NCBI GenBank assembly: GCA_945878575.1
Contig: CAMDUB010000009.1
Span: 87-64,086 of the forward strand
Source of the DNA: Phycisphaera mikurensis NBRC 102666
GTDB taxonomy: Bacteria > Planctomycetota > Phycisphaerae > Phycisphaerales > SM1A02
Length of the DNA stretch: 64,000 bases
Direction: 5' to 3'
Below, in pieces: positions 17,657 through 27,542 of this stretch. Numbering within the stretch: position 1 is the stretch's first letter; every line of letters starts with the position of its first letter. The translations under genes were made by a program, and so were the position numbers. The notes below the pieces were generated by a model. The model searched no databases and had not been told where the DNA came from. It was given only the letters and a program-made list of their open reading frames with translations.

Positions 17657-18301
17657 TTACCTTCGGACAAATAGTCCGTAGATAAATTCCTGCGATTTGC
17701 CCCACGGTGTTTCATGTTGCTCTCGCACAGAATTGATCATCTGAAATGCTGGCGTAAATTCGGCGGCGAGCGTTTCTGCACTGTAACGGCAGACTGGCAG
17801 ACCACTGCACCGTTCCGGACCCGATAGCGCAAAGGTGGCGATGATCGCATGGCCGGCCGAAACAACCGTTCGTGATGCCAAATCAACGTAGCGCTTTCGA
17901 TCATCTACCTCATGGAGGAAATGAAAGACGGCGCGGTCATGCCACAAGTCTACGGTGCCAAGGTACGGCGATTCAAGCACATCGCCCACTATCCAACGGA
18001 TGCGATCTGCGTATGAAGTCGCGCGAGCTTTGGCACGCACGATCGCGCTTCCGGAAATGTCAAGAACAGCGATTGACTCAGCAGGATCTGATGGGCGCCG
18101 CGTGAGCAGTTCGCACGCGAGCGCTGATTGACCACCACCAACGTCAAGTACGCGAATTGGAGGCGGATTGAGCGTGTTAGTGAGTGCCAGAGAAACAGTT
18201 GGAAACGATTGGAACCAACTCAAATCGGCGTCAGGTTTGGTCGCATAGACGCCCTCCCAATGTGCGCGACGTTGATCGGTGGAGTCGGAATACGAATTCA
18301 T
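17657..18301 (-). CDS. Class I SAM-dependent methyltransferase
   Basis: Motif I VLDVGGGQSALACELL. The start MNSYSDSTDQRRAHWEGVY (ATG at 18301) is preferred over 18373. Confidence 0.7.
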   Translation of the reverse strand: MNSYSDSTDQRRAHWEGVYATKPDADLSWFQSFPTVSLALTNTLNPPPIRVLDVGGGQSALACELLTRRPSDPAESIAVLDISGSAIVRAKARATSYADRIRWIVGDVLESPYLGTVDLWHDRAVFHFLHEVDDRKRYVDLASRTVVSAGHAIIATFALSGPERCSGLPVCRYSAETLAAEFTPAFQMINSVREQHETPWGKSQEFIYGLFVRR

Positions 18302-18332
18302 GGATGGTTGAGTGAGCGACCGGTCGTGCTGT

Positions 18333-19499
18333 TCATTGCTTGGCACGCGCGGAATGCAGTGTCGCTGCATCAAACTCCGCTGCCCAAATCTGACTGGACT
18401 TCTCTCCGGTTCCCCGCTGCGCCGTCCACATCATCCACTTACCGTCATGACTGAAGACGGGAAGAACATCGGCACCGCTGCAGTTGGTAATGCGAACGGA
18501 ACTCTCCGGATGCAGCGCGTCACGCATCATGACTTCGTAATTCTGATGGCCCATCTCACTTGATCCATAGATGAAGTGACGACCATCAGGGTGGTAGTAC
18601 GGGCACCAATTGACGTGCTCGTTCTTGGTGAGTGCGCGTTCGTTGGAAACTCCAGTGACTTTCCCGGAAGCATCGCGCACGAGATCGGCACTGAAGATCT
18701 GCAGGAGGCTGTCGCCCTGCCGATCGCTGCGAAAGATGATGCCACTGCCATCGGGCGTGAAGAACGGGCCGCCGTCGTAGCCGGGGGCGTCAACGATCTT
18801 GCGCGTCTCCCCGGTTGGCATGTCCATCACCCAGAGATCGCCCTGCGTCTTGGGATCCACCTGCGTATAGAGGAGCGTGCGTCCATCGGGACTGAAACTG
18901 CATTCGGCGGCGTAGCCATTGCCATCGCCGACCAGCGTCTTTAGGCTGCTGGCAGTGCCATCCGCGGTGCGAAGATCGACTTGCACAATCCGCATCTCCG
19001 GCGGGAACTGCCAGCGGTATTTACCCGTGCCACGCTGATAGCCGGGCGTCTCCTTGTTCGAAGGCGGGACGATGGTGCTTCCAAATATCACAAGCTCTGG
19101 ATGCTTTGGATGGAACCATCCGCACGTATTTGCGCTGCCTTCGGGACTGATGCGCTTGATGTTCGCGAGGGCGGAAACTCGCCCGTCTGCACCGCGTGCC
19201 ACATCCGCCACATACATGGAATAGAACTCGGCCGGCGCTGCGTCACCGATCGGCTGCTCGATGGCTTGAAAGACAATGGTTCGGTCATCGGGGCTGAAGT
19301 AACTCTCGCCAGCCTTACTAAATCGATCCGGGAACGTGAGCTGCACGTGATGCGTGAGCACCGGTGCCTCGGTGGTACGAAAGTCAGTGAGCGGGGTCGG
19401 CGCCGGGGCGGCGGTCGGCGCGGCCGCTTCCTTCTGCGAGGCACAGGCGGAAAGGGCGCCAATGGCGACGACAATGCAAACAAGCCGGAGTGAGACCAT
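18333..19499 (-). CDS. TolB-like PD40/WD40 beta-propeller lipoprotein
   Basis: Signal/lipobox MVSLRLVCIVVAIGALSAC. Repeated PD40-type motifs are present (SFSPDGRTLLYTQ, FFTPDGSGIIFRSDRQG, YYHPDGRHFIYGS, VFSHDGKWMMWTAQRG). Confidence 0.7.
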   Translation of the reverse strand: MVSLRLVCIVVAIGALSACASQKEAAAPTAAPAPTPLTDFRTTEAPVLTHHVQLTFPDRFSKAGESYFSPDDRTIVFQAIEQPIGDAAPAEFYSMYVADVARGADGRVSALANIKRISPEGSANTCGWFHPKHPELVIFGSTIVPPSNKETPGYQRGTGKYRWQFPPEMRIVQVDLRTADGTASSLKTLVGDGNGYAAECSFSPDGRTLLYTQVDPKTQGDLWVMDMPTGETRKIVDAPGYDGGPFFTPDGSGIIFRSDRQGDSLLQIFSADLVRDASGKVTGVSNERALTKNEHVNWCPYYHPDGRHFIYGSSEMGHQNYEVMMRDALHPESSVRITNCSGADVLPVFSHDGKWMMWTAQRGTGEKSSQIWAAEFDAATLHSARAKQ

Positions 19500-19585
19500 T
19501 CCGTGATTCTAAGACCGTTCCGTACCGAAAGTAACACGCTCGCGCAATAATGGAGGCGGAAAGCGCGATCGCTCCCAGCAGCGCC

Positions 19586-19647
19586 AAAAAATAGGCACAG
19601 GGGTGAACGGCACCTATTTAGGCACCGGGGCGAAGGGCACCTATTTA
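19586..19647. repeat. Palindromic repeat element, copy 2 plus an adjacent partial tandem unit
   Basis: aaaaaataggcacaggggtgaacggcacctattta is followed by ggcaccggggcgaagggcacctattta. Unlike the other copies, it lies between divergently transcribed genes. Confidence 0.8.
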
Positions 19648-19660
19648 ATACCATCGGGGG

Positions 19661-20299
19661 ATGGATGGACGCGGGTACGAACTTCTGTTTGAGGATGAAC
19701 ACCTCCTGGTGGTGAACAAGGAGTGCGGGCTACTGACCGTACCTGGCATCGGTCCCGAGAAAGCCGATTGCCTGATCGCGCGCCTGCAGAAAGAGTGGGC
19801 CACCGCTCGAGTCGTTCATCGACTTGATCGCGACACCAGCGGCGTACTGGTGGTGGCGCTTGATGCGGACACTCACCGCGCACTCAGCATGCAGTTTGAG
19901 CGCCGCGAAACTTCAAAGACCTACATCGCCATTGCCGCTGGCCATCCACCCAAAGAGAGCGGCGAGATTGATCTGCCAATCCGCAAGGATCTGGTCAATG
20001 GACCACTGCAGATTGTTGACTTTGTGCACGGTCGTGCCAGCGTGACCCAGTGGCGCGTTCTTGAACTCCTGCACGAACCCGCTCGCACGCGCTTTGAACT
20101 CACCCCCATCACCGGCCGCAGCCATCAACTGCGCGTGCATCTCTTGGCGATCGGTCATCCCATTCTTGGCGATGACCTCTATGCGCCCGCCGATATCAAA
20201 GCGCTTGCGCCCCGCCTCTGCCTGCACGCGCAGCAACTGGGATTTACACATCCCGCCACCGCAGCGGCTGTTGAATTCACTTCACCAGCGCCGTTCTGA
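19661..20299 (+). CDS. RluA-family pseudouridine synthase
   Basis: Catalytic motif HRLDRDTSGVLVVA and C-terminal HQLRVHL...GHPILGDDLY. The 3' end overlaps the convergent shc gene by 23 nt. Confidence 0.8.
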   Translation: MDGRGYELLFEDEHLLVVNKECGLLTVPGIGPEKADCLIARLQKEWATARVVHRLDRDTSGVLVVALDADTHRALSMQFERRETSKTYIAIAAGHPPKESGEIDLPIRKDLVNGPLQIVDFVHGRASVTQWRVLELLHEPARTRFELTPITGRSHQLRVHLLAIGHPILGDDLYAPADIKALAPRLCLHAQQLGFTHPATAAAVEFTSPAPF

Positions 20300-22415
20300 T
20301 ATCGGTGGCTACGTGTGACTTGCCCGGCTCCTGCACGCTGATTCCGTGTGCGGACAGTGCGCGGCCGATCGCCATGAGCGGAAAATACAAGCGGTAAAGG
20401 TGGTATCGCAGGTAAAAGACTTTCGGGAAACCCGTGCCCGTAAATTCCGTCTCCACCCAACTCCCCGCCGGATCGCCGTCCGGATTCAAGCCCGGCTGCA
20501 CGGCATCAGCCGCCCGTAACTGGGTTTGTGCAAGCCAGCGAAGCGCGCGCCACAAGTCCGGATCGTTCGCTCCGTACACCTCTTGCAACACCATCGCCGC
20601 CCACGCGGTCTGGCTTGCAGTGCTTGGACCCGTGCCCATCAATGAACGATCTTCGTAACTATTCGCAGTCTCACCAAAGCTGCCGTCCGGCTTCTGCACG
20701 CTCTTGATCCATGCGCCCGCGCGCTGAATCCACGGCTCACTGCGCGGCACGCCGCAACGAATCGGACCGATCACCGCCTGCCACGTTCCGTAGATGTAGT
20801 TCACGCCCCATCGACCCCAGAAGCATCCTTCCGGCTCTTGATGACCTTTGATGAATTCCACCGCGTGCGCGATGGTTGGATTATCGATGCGATAGCCAAG
20901 CCAACTCATGCACTCCAACGTGCGTCCCGTGATGTCATGACACGCGGGATCCTGCATCGCGTTGTGATCGGCAAACGGAACGTACTCGTAGATCTGATGA
21001 TTCCGCGTACGGTCGAACGCGGCCCACCCGCCGTTCTCACACTGCATGGCAAACACCCACTCCACTCCGCGACGCGCCGCAGCCTCGTTCTCTGCACCAC
21101 CCGCGCGCTTCAACGTCATGGCAACCATCACCGTGTCGTCAACATCTGCATACCACGCGTTCTGATATTCAAAGTACCAACCGGCCGCGCGTGTTCCGGG
21201 GCGCACGTTGGCAATCCAATCGCCCGTCCAGCGAACTTCCTTGCCGCGCAGCCATTCAGCCGCATGCGCGAACGACCGATCCGTTGCCGCGGTGAGACCA
21301 CAATCAGCAAGCGCATATCCAGCGATGCCAGTGTCCCACACCGGGCTGAAACATGGCTGAATGTGAATGGTGTTGCCATGTGCGGAAGCACCTTGACCGG
21401 CAGGATGCGCAGCAGGTTCCTCTATGAAAAACGCATCAAGATCTTTCTCAGCGCGCGCTACCAGTGGATCGTTTCGCTTCACGCCCAGCGCGTGGAACAC
21501 CACCTGTATGTACACCATGGGCGGGAAGATGGCGCCCAGACCCTGTGTCGGCGCCGGTGCATCTTGCGATGCGCGTGCCAATATCCAGCTGTATGCCGCA
21601 CGGATCGCCGACATACGCGGCGCGGTGCCGATTGATCGGCCAACAAACTTCAACACGCTGTCGACCACCTTGAAGAAGACGCGCCAGAAGTGCGGCGTGG
21701 TCATAGGCATCTTGAGTCGATGCCGATCATGCTCGCTCAAAAAGAGTTCTGCAATGCCCTGCTCGCTTCCAAGCTTTCGCGTCGGCTGCAGCGTTGCCAC
21801 AATGGCAAGTGGCAGAATCATGGTGCGGCTCCACGCACTCATTCGGTCCATGTGAAAGTAGAACCACTTGGGAAGCCAAACGATTTCTGGGGGAATGGCC
21901 GGTACGGCGTTCCAACTAATCTGCCCAAGCGCCGCCAGATAGAAATTACTGAAACTGTTGCACTTCTCTGCTCCACCCATGGCGCGAATCACTGCACGGG
22001 CGCGGCTCATGTGCGGCGCATCAGGCGAGTCGCCATGCAACTTCAGACAGAAATACGCCTTCACGGTTGCGCTGAGATCAATGGTGCTTCCTGGATACTG
22101 CCCCCAGCCACCATCCGCACGCTGTTGCGAGCGCAAGTAGCGAACGATTTTCTCCAGCGTCTCCACACCATCGCGCCCGTCCGCCATTGCTGAGCGCTCT
22201 TGACCCAAGATCCACTTCATCAAGAGGTACTCGCTCTGCAGAATCGAGTCTCCCTCCAATTCCGCGCACCAGTGTCCATCATTGCGCTGCAGGCTCTTCA
22301 ACGCAACAAGTGCATCGCCCGCGGTGCGCGCAAGCGTGTCGAGTGTCTGGCGATCAGGTCCGGTCGTGGGCAGCATGAACGGGAGATCATAAATAGTCAC
22401 AGCACAATGAGGCAC
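20277..22415 (-). CDS. shc: Squalene-hopene cyclase
   Basis: 712 aa with the DxDD catalytic motif (WYADVDDTVMV) and several QW-type repeats (RSQQRADGGWGQ, QCENGGWAAF, VQKPDGSFGE). Confidence 0.9.
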   Translation of the reverse strand: MPHCAVTIYDLPFMLPTTGPDRQTLDTLARTAGDALVALKSLQRNDGHWCAELEGDSILQSEYLLMKWILGQERSAMADGRDGVETLEKIVRYLRSQQRADGGWGQYPGSTIDLSATVKAYFCLKLHGDSPDAPHMSRARAVIRAMGGAEKCNSFSNFYLAALGQISWNAVPAIPPEIVWLPKWFYFHMDRMSAWSRTMILPLAIVATLQPTRKLGSEQGIAELFLSEHDRHRLKMPMTTPHFWRVFFKVVDSVLKFVGRSIGTAPRMSAIRAAYSWILARASQDAPAPTQGLGAIFPPMVYIQVVFHALGVKRNDPLVARAEKDLDAFFIEEPAAHPAGQGASAHGNTIHIQPCFSPVWDTGIAGYALADCGLTAATDRSFAHAAEWLRGKEVRWTGDWIANVRPGTRAAGWYFEYQNAWYADVDDTVMVAMTLKRAGGAENEAAARRGVEWVFAMQCENGGWAAFDRTRNHQIYEYVPFADHNAMQDPACHDITGRTLECMSWLGYRIDNPTIAHAVEFIKGHQEPEGCFWGRWGVNYIYGTWQAVIGPIRCGVPRSEPWIQRAGAWIKSVQKPDGSFGETANSYEDRSLMGTGPSTASQTAWAAMVLQEVYGANDPDLWRALRWLAQTQLRAADAVQPGLNPDGDPAGSWVETEFTGTGFPKVFYLRYHLYRLYFPLMAIGRALSAHGISVQEPGKSHVATDIRTALVK

Positions 22416-22518
22416 GGCCCCTGCTGCAACACCATTCCCGGACTCACCGTCGTTGGAATTCCTTTGTCCGTGCCTTCTTTATGCCTTGATTTACGATTCG
22501 GACGATAGTATCGATCTG

Positions 22519-23685
22519 ATGAAATTACTCAATGGACCGCTCAATTCATGGCTTGCTCGGTGCATGTTGGCGCTCCTGTGCGCTGCTACCTTCGCCCTGC
22601 CCGCACGCGCAGGAAATGGGGTGTATGTGTCCACCAACCCCAACGGCGCCAATGCCGTGTTGGCCTACACCCGCAACGTCAAGAACGGCTTGCTGACCTA
22701 TGTCGGTCGCTTCGATACTGGCGGACGCGGCCTGGTGGACATTGGCGGCGCGCAATCGCACGCACTGGTGGCAACGCGCACGCAGTTGTTTGTAGTGAAC
22801 CCCGGGAGCAATGATTTCACCACCTTCGCACTTCGTGATGACGGATCGCTGCTGTTCATGGGCGTGACGAATTCTGGTGGAGTTCGCCCAGTCAGTATCA
22901 CCGTTTCCGGAAATGTCATTTACGTGTTAAACCAAGGACAACTCGGTGTTGCTACCGCCAGTTGCAATGGATTCACTCTTGGTGACGACGGCTTGCCGGT
23001 ATCGATCGGAACCTACGACGTCATCTATGAAGCCGAAGCCATTCCAACCGACGTATTCTTCACGCGTAACGGTGCGCGACTGGTTGTGCTTCTCAATGGA
23101 AGTGATGCCATCGATACATTTTCTGCGTCGGCGGACGGCGCATTGACCGTGAATCGACGACTCACCGGTGTCAGCAATCCGGTGGGCGGAACAATGTCTC
23201 CGGTACAACCGTTCGTTGCGTTTGCAGCACTTGATGATGACACGGCGCCGCGGATGATTTCTATCCGTGCAACTGGAACTGCATTGCCAAGTATCGTGAG
23301 TTCAGCCGGTTTAGCGAGCACCATTTCGCCGTGCTGGGCTGCAGCAACTCCGAACGGCAAGAAGGTGTGGTCATCAAACTTTGCATCTGGTTCGCTCACG
23401 CTGTTCGCTGGCAAGTTAAATGGCAGCATTCGTGCGGTCAATACCTATGTGCCTGCTTCGAGCAGCCCGGGTTCACTTGATGTGGCTGTTGATCAACGCG
23501 GAAAGTTCTTGTACCGACTGCGCGCCTTCAACCCCAGTGGCGGCACCGCGCCCGTACCCGTGATCGAGGCGATGAAGATCACCAATTCCACTGCCAATGG
23601 CGGCGTTCAGTTAGTGCAAACGGTTTCATTGCCGTCCGATCTGCAGACCGCTTCGCCGACTGGCATCGTGGTCACCGCTCCCTAA
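22519..23685 (+). CDS. Secreted beta-propeller repeat protein (lactonase-like fold, function uncertain)
   Basis: The start at 22519 gives the signal peptide MKLLNGPLNSWLARCMLALLCAATFALPARA. The repetitive beta-strand-rich sequence resembles 7-bladed lactonase-type propellers. Confidence 0.5.
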   Translation: MKLLNGPLNSWLARCMLALLCAATFALPARAGNGVYVSTNPNGANAVLAYTRNVKNGLLTYVGRFDTGGRGLVDIGGAQSHALVATRTQLFVVNPGSNDFTTFALRDDGSLLFMGVTNSGGVRPVSITVSGNVIYVLNQGQLGVATASCNGFTLGDDGLPVSIGTYDVIYEAEAIPTDVFFTRNGARLVVLLNGSDAIDTFSASADGALTVNRRLTGVSNPVGGTMSPVQPFVAFAALDDDTAPRMISIRATGTALPSIVSSAGLASTISPCWAAATPNGKKVWSSNFASGSLTLFAGKLNGSIRAVNTYVPASSSPGSLDVAVDQRGKFLYRLRAFNPSGGTAPVPVIEAMKITNSTANGGVQLVQTVSLPSDLQTASPTGIVVTAP

Positions 23686-23687
23686 AT

Positions 23688-23718
23688 ACACAGCCCCAGC
23701 AAATTGCCGGGGCTGTGT
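23688..23718. terminator. 10-bp hairpin between convergent genes
   Basis: acacagcccc (23688-23697) pairs with ggggctgtgt (23709-23718) across an 11-nt loop. The flanks are only weakly T-rich. Confidence 0.45.
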
Positions 23719-23754
23719 GTTCAATCAGGTAAGAAGCGGGTCACTCGGAATCAC

Positions 23755-24215
23755 TTAGCGACGGCGGCGACCAACCAGTCCAGCCACGCCGAGCAGAACC
23801 ATGGCGCCCGGAGTAGGGACTGAACCACTGTAAACATTGATGTTGTCCACACGGTTGGTGCCAGCGGCGGCGGTGGTCACCGTCGACTGAATGCGGAACA
23901 TCACCGAGGCCTGTCCCGCCGCGGCGCTGAGGCCGCTGACGGTGGTAGTGAAGGTGACCGGCTGATTGGTGACTGCGTTCCACGTCGTGGTGCCGCTGCC
24001 AGCGAGACCCGCCTGAACAACCGTGTATGAGGCGAGAACCGTAGTAAAGTTTGCACCACCATCGACGCTCATGAGTACAGCGAAGGTCGCCGGACCAGTA
24101 CTACTGCGCGTCTGGTCAAACGAAAGCGTGATCGGGTCGGCGTAGCCAGTGGTGGAGAGGGAGACTTGGTAGTAGTCACCGATCGCCCAATTCGTCTTCC
24201 TCACATGCCACACAT
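23755..24215 (-). CDS. PEP-CTERM-tailed protein without a visible signal peptide (start uncertain, possibly truncated)
   Basis: The C-terminus VPTPGAMVLLGVAGLVGRRRR is a PEP-CTERM sorting signal. Coding character begins only after the upstream gene's stop at 24228. Only GTG starts are available (about 24205-24215), and no hydrophobic N-terminus is present. Confidence 0.5.
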
Positions 24216-24227
24216 GTGGCAGCCGCC

Positions 24228-24821
24228 CTACGCTCGCGTTGGTCTGACCACCGCCGCGATAACGGCACTCGCCACGGTCCAAGTCAAAAACGTGTCGGCA
24301 ATTCCGGCGTAGACCCACCGCGCGGGCAGCTGAAACCAGGCGAGATCCGGGCCATCGCCAGCCATCGCCGCAAACAGAGCAATGACCATGCCGATGGTCC
24401 AGCGCCCCACCCATGACGGACAGCGCATGCCGGCCATCAGGATGCTCATGAGAAAGGCACTAAAGGCCATATATCCGAACGCAGTCAAGTAGCGCTGTGC
24501 ACTGATGGGGTCACGGCCTTGCTTGCGGACCAAGAGCACGCCCACCGGTCCGCGCTGTGATGCCTCGCGCCAATCCGACACGGTGCGAGCGCGCTGCTCG
24601 GCGTCCATGGTGCTGAGCGCCTGCATGTCGATACCGGGAAATCCGTAGGCCCCGTCGCGCGGCGCCCCGCGACCGATGGCATCAACGAGTGCAGAATCCG
24701 CGGGCAGTGGTTCAAGTGCCCAGTCGTACAGGCGTACCGCCGACCACGAAACATACGCCCACGCAAACGCCGCAAGCGCACCAAGCACTGTCCCCAGAAT
24801 CACCCGCCGCAGATTTACCAC
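24228..24821 (-). CDS. Hypothetical multi-pass membrane protein
   Basis: Hydrophobic segments ILGTVLGALAAFAWAYV, AFGYMAFSAFLMSILMAG, IGMVIALFAAMAG and FLTWTVASAVIAAVV. A likely GTG start at 24821 overlaps the mutase stop (GTGGTAA). Confidence 0.55.
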   Translation of the reverse strand: MVNLRRVILGTVLGALAAFAWAYVSWSAVRLYDWALEPLPADSALVDAIGRGAPRDGAYGFPGIDMQALSTMDAEQRARTVSDWREASQRGPVGVLLVRKQGRDPISAQRYLTAFGYMAFSAFLMSILMAGMRCPSWVGRWTIGMVIALFAAMAGDGPDLAWFQLPARWVYAGIADTFLTWTVASAVIAAVVRPTRA

Positions 24822-26512
24822 TCCGGCCCTCCCGAGTAGCGGCCGAACACGTCCGCCATCGCCTGCACCATCTCGCCGAGGGTGCACTTGTGCAACGCGC
24901 CCTCAACCAGCGACGGCATCACGTTGTCACCCTTGCGCGCCGCGGCGCGGATCGCATCAAGCGCAACCTTCACACCGTCTGCATTGCGAGTCTGGCGGAA
25001 CTTGGTGAGACGATCGCACTGCTCGGTTTCCACCGTATGCGGGATCTGCAGAATCTCAACTTGGTGCTGATCATTACCATCGTTGTAAGCGTTCATGCCC
25101 ACCACGATGCGATCGCCCGCTTCCATCTCTTGACCGAAGCGGTAACTCGCTTCAGCGATCTGCCGGCGGAAGTAGCCCTTGTGAATTCCAGCAACCACGC
25201 CGCCCATGTCATCAATCTCCTTGATGAACTGGTTCGCGTCCTTCTCCATCTGGTCGGTCAGCGCTTCCACGTACCAACTGCCACCCAGCGGATCGACGGT
25301 GCGGTGCACGCCGGTTTCATGCGCAAGGATCTGCTGCGTGCGCAAGGCCACGCGAACGGCAGCCTCCGTGGGCAAACCAAGCGTCTCATCCATGCTGTCC
25401 GTATGCAAACTTTGGCAACCGCCAAGCACGCCAGCCATCGCCTGGAATGCCACGCGCACAATGTTGTTGAGCGGCTGCTGCTCTGTCAGGCTGCAACCCG
25501 CCGTCTGAACATGCGTGCGCATCAGCATGCTGCGTTCGTTCTTCGCGCCGAAACGGTCGCGCATGGCGTTCGCCCAAATGCGGCGCGCGGCTCGAAGTTT
25601 GCAGATTTCCTCGAAGAATTCGTTGTGACTGTTGAAGAAGAAACTGAGGCGCGGTGCGAACGTATCCACCGGTATGCCACGCTTGATGCACGCCTCCGCG
25701 TATTCCATTCCATCGCGCAACGTGAACGCCAGTTCTTGTGTGGCGCTCGAACCCGCCTCGCGAATGTGATAACCGGAGATGCTCACCGAGTTCCACTTCG
25801 GCAGGTGCTGCGCGGCAAACTCAATGGTGTCCACCACCAGTTTGACACTCGCCTCCGGCGGATAGATGAACTCATTCTGCGCGTGGAACTCCTTGAGAAT
25901 GTCATTCTGCAGCGTGCCGCCGACCGTGCTCCAATCGACGCCACGCTCCTTGGCCATCGCCAAGTACATCGCCCAGATGACCGCCGCCGGACCGTTGATG
26001 GTCTGACTCACGGTGACCTCACCGATCGGAATGTCCGCGTACAGACGATGCATATCTTCGATCGTGCTGATCGCAACGCCGCATCGACCAACTTCGCCTG
26101 CGGACAACGCATCGTCAGAATCGCGACCCATCAGCGTGGGCAGATCGAACGCCGTGGAAAGACCAGTGTTCGCCTTTGTGCCCTTGGCATTCTCAAGCAG
26201 GTACTTGAAGCGGCGGTTGGTGTCGTCAGCAGAACCGAAGCCCGCAAACTGCCGCATGGTCCAGAGGCGATCGCGATACATCGTCTTGTGAACACCGCGC
26301 GTGAACGGGAAGACGCCGGGCTCGCCGATGCGCGCGTGCGGCTTGGAAGCGTCCGCAGGATCCGTGGTGTGCACCGTGGCGGGGCCGTAGCGCTCATCGA
26401 TCACGTAGCCAGAGAGCGTCACCGTCTCTGGGTTGATGGCGGGCTTGGCAGGCGCGGCGGGCGCGGTGGAAACGGAAGTCTTCGTGGAACTGTTGGTCGG
26501 GTGGGCAGACAT
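24815..26512 (-). CDS. Methylmalonyl-CoA mutase-family catalytic (substrate-binding barrel) subunit, no B12 domain
   Basis: 565 aa. GEPGVFPFTRGVHKTMYRDRLWTMRQFAGFGSADDTNRRFKYLL and LSTAFDLPTLMGRDSD are canonical MCM N-terminal blocks. The protein ends before the B12-binding domain. Confidence 0.85.
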   Translation of the reverse strand: MSAHPTNSSTKTSVSTAPAAPAKPAINPETVTLSGYVIDERYGPATVHTTDPADASKPHARIGEPGVFPFTRGVHKTMYRDRLWTMRQFAGFGSADDTNRRFKYLLENAKGTKANTGLSTAFDLPTLMGRDSDDALSAGEVGRCGVAISTIEDMHRLYADIPIGEVTVSQTINGPAAVIWAMYLAMAKERGVDWSTVGGTLQNDILKEFHAQNEFIYPPEASVKLVVDTIEFAAQHLPKWNSVSISGYHIREAGSSATQELAFTLRDGMEYAEACIKRGIPVDTFAPRLSFFFNSHNEFFEEICKLRAARRIWANAMRDRFGAKNERSMLMRTHVQTAGCSLTEQQPLNNIVRVAFQAMAGVLGGCQSLHTDSMDETLGLPTEAAVRVALRTQQILAHETGVHRTVDPLGGSWYVEALTDQMEKDANQFIKEIDDMGGVVAGIHKGYFRRQIAEASYRFGQEMEAGDRIVVGMNAYNDGNDQHQVEILQIPHTVETEQCDRLTKFRQTRNADGVKVALDAIRAAARKGDNVMPSLVEGALHKCTLGEMVQAMADVFGRYSGGPEW

Positions 26513-26559
26513 TTCCGGATTGTAGGGGCGTCAACTAGTCTTCCCCATCCCAAATCGCC

Positions 26560-27492
26560 ATGAAACTGCTCCAAACCGGAACCCTTGTATTTCTCATCTG
26601 CTGCACGGCCATCGGCAATGATTTGTTTGCGGAAACGCAGATACCGGCTCCAACGTTCACCGCTTCACAAGTCGTCGAGCCACAGGGTGCCGCGCCGTCA
26701 ACCGAGGGTGCGCTGGCCAATTCTCCCGCGGCAGCCAATGCCCCAGTCACCGACTCCAACCCGCCCGAGTTCCCGCTCATCGACCCGCATGGATTCTCGC
26801 TCGACTTCCGCCCGCAGATTTGGATGCCGTCCGTCTCGGGCTCCGTTGGCGTTGGCGACCGCACGGCGAACGTCGAGGAGAGCTTCATCGATATCTTGGA
26901 GAACACGGACTCAGTGATCGGACTCTCGGGGCGCGTGACCGTGGCCTATGACCGATTCGAGGCGTTCACTGACATCACTTGGATCAGACTTGGATTCGAC
27001 AAAGTCACTACTCCGTCCGGCGCGCGCTTCAGCACCACCATGACCCTGATGATCTCTGATGCGTGCATTGCATACAACCTCCTGGAGCCCTCAGTAGACA
27101 GCCGCGGACGACGCGGTCCAACACTTGCTCCGTATACCGGCGCGCGCATCTTCTGGGCCAATACCCAGGTCGACGCTACGGAACTTCCATTCAGTGATTC
27201 CGCTTCATCCGTATGGGCGGATCCAATCTTTGGTGGAATGTGGGAAACACCCTTTGGTGATGCAGGACGATTCTCACTCGCCGGGGACGCTGGAGGCTTC
27301 ACACTCTCCTCGCAACTGACGTGGCAGGTCACCGCGCTCTTTGGATTTGACTTCCGTTGCTTTGAGCACCCGTGCACGCTCTCGATCGGAATGCGAGCCA
27401 TTGCCGATGATTACGCCGCCGATAGCACGAACAGAGTCACCACCGACCTGATCCTGTGGGGCCCGATTCTTGCTTGGGATATTCGATTCTGA
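26560..27492 (+). CDS. Putative outer-membrane beta-barrel protein
   Basis: Signal-like N-terminus MKLLQTGTLVFLICCTAIG, alternating-hydrophobicity strands, and a terminal aromatic residue (...LAWDIRF). Confidence 0.45.
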   Translation: MKLLQTGTLVFLICCTAIGNDLFAETQIPAPTFTASQVVEPQGAAPSTEGALANSPAAANAPVTDSNPPEFPLIDPHGFSLDFRPQIWMPSVSGSVGVGDRTANVEESFIDILENTDSVIGLSGRVTVAYDRFEAFTDITWIRLGFDKVTTPSGARFSTTMTLMISDACIAYNLLEPSVDSRGRRGPTLAPYTGARIFWANTQVDATELPFSDSASSVWADPIFGGMWETPFGDAGRFSLAGDAGGFTLSSQLTWQVTALFGFDFRCFEHPCTLSIGMRAIADDYAADSTNRVTTDLILWGPILAWDIRF

Positions 27493-27542
27493 ACGAGCGC
27501 AACCTGCACGAATCGCAGCGACATCTATAGAATCTTGCCCTT

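Noticed and set aside
24689-26563. 624-aa + strand ORF. Similar long ORFs lie at 132..920(+), 16025..17476(+), 31117..32382(+), 45964..47781(-), 61547..62953(-) and 62464..63651(-).
   Set aside because: Their products are rich in Arg, Ala, Ser, His or Pro. They are the antisense or out-of-frame shadows expected opposite genuine GC-rich genes (the mutase, uvrD, nadB, metH, rpsA and the helical-repeat protein), each of which has clear family motifs.
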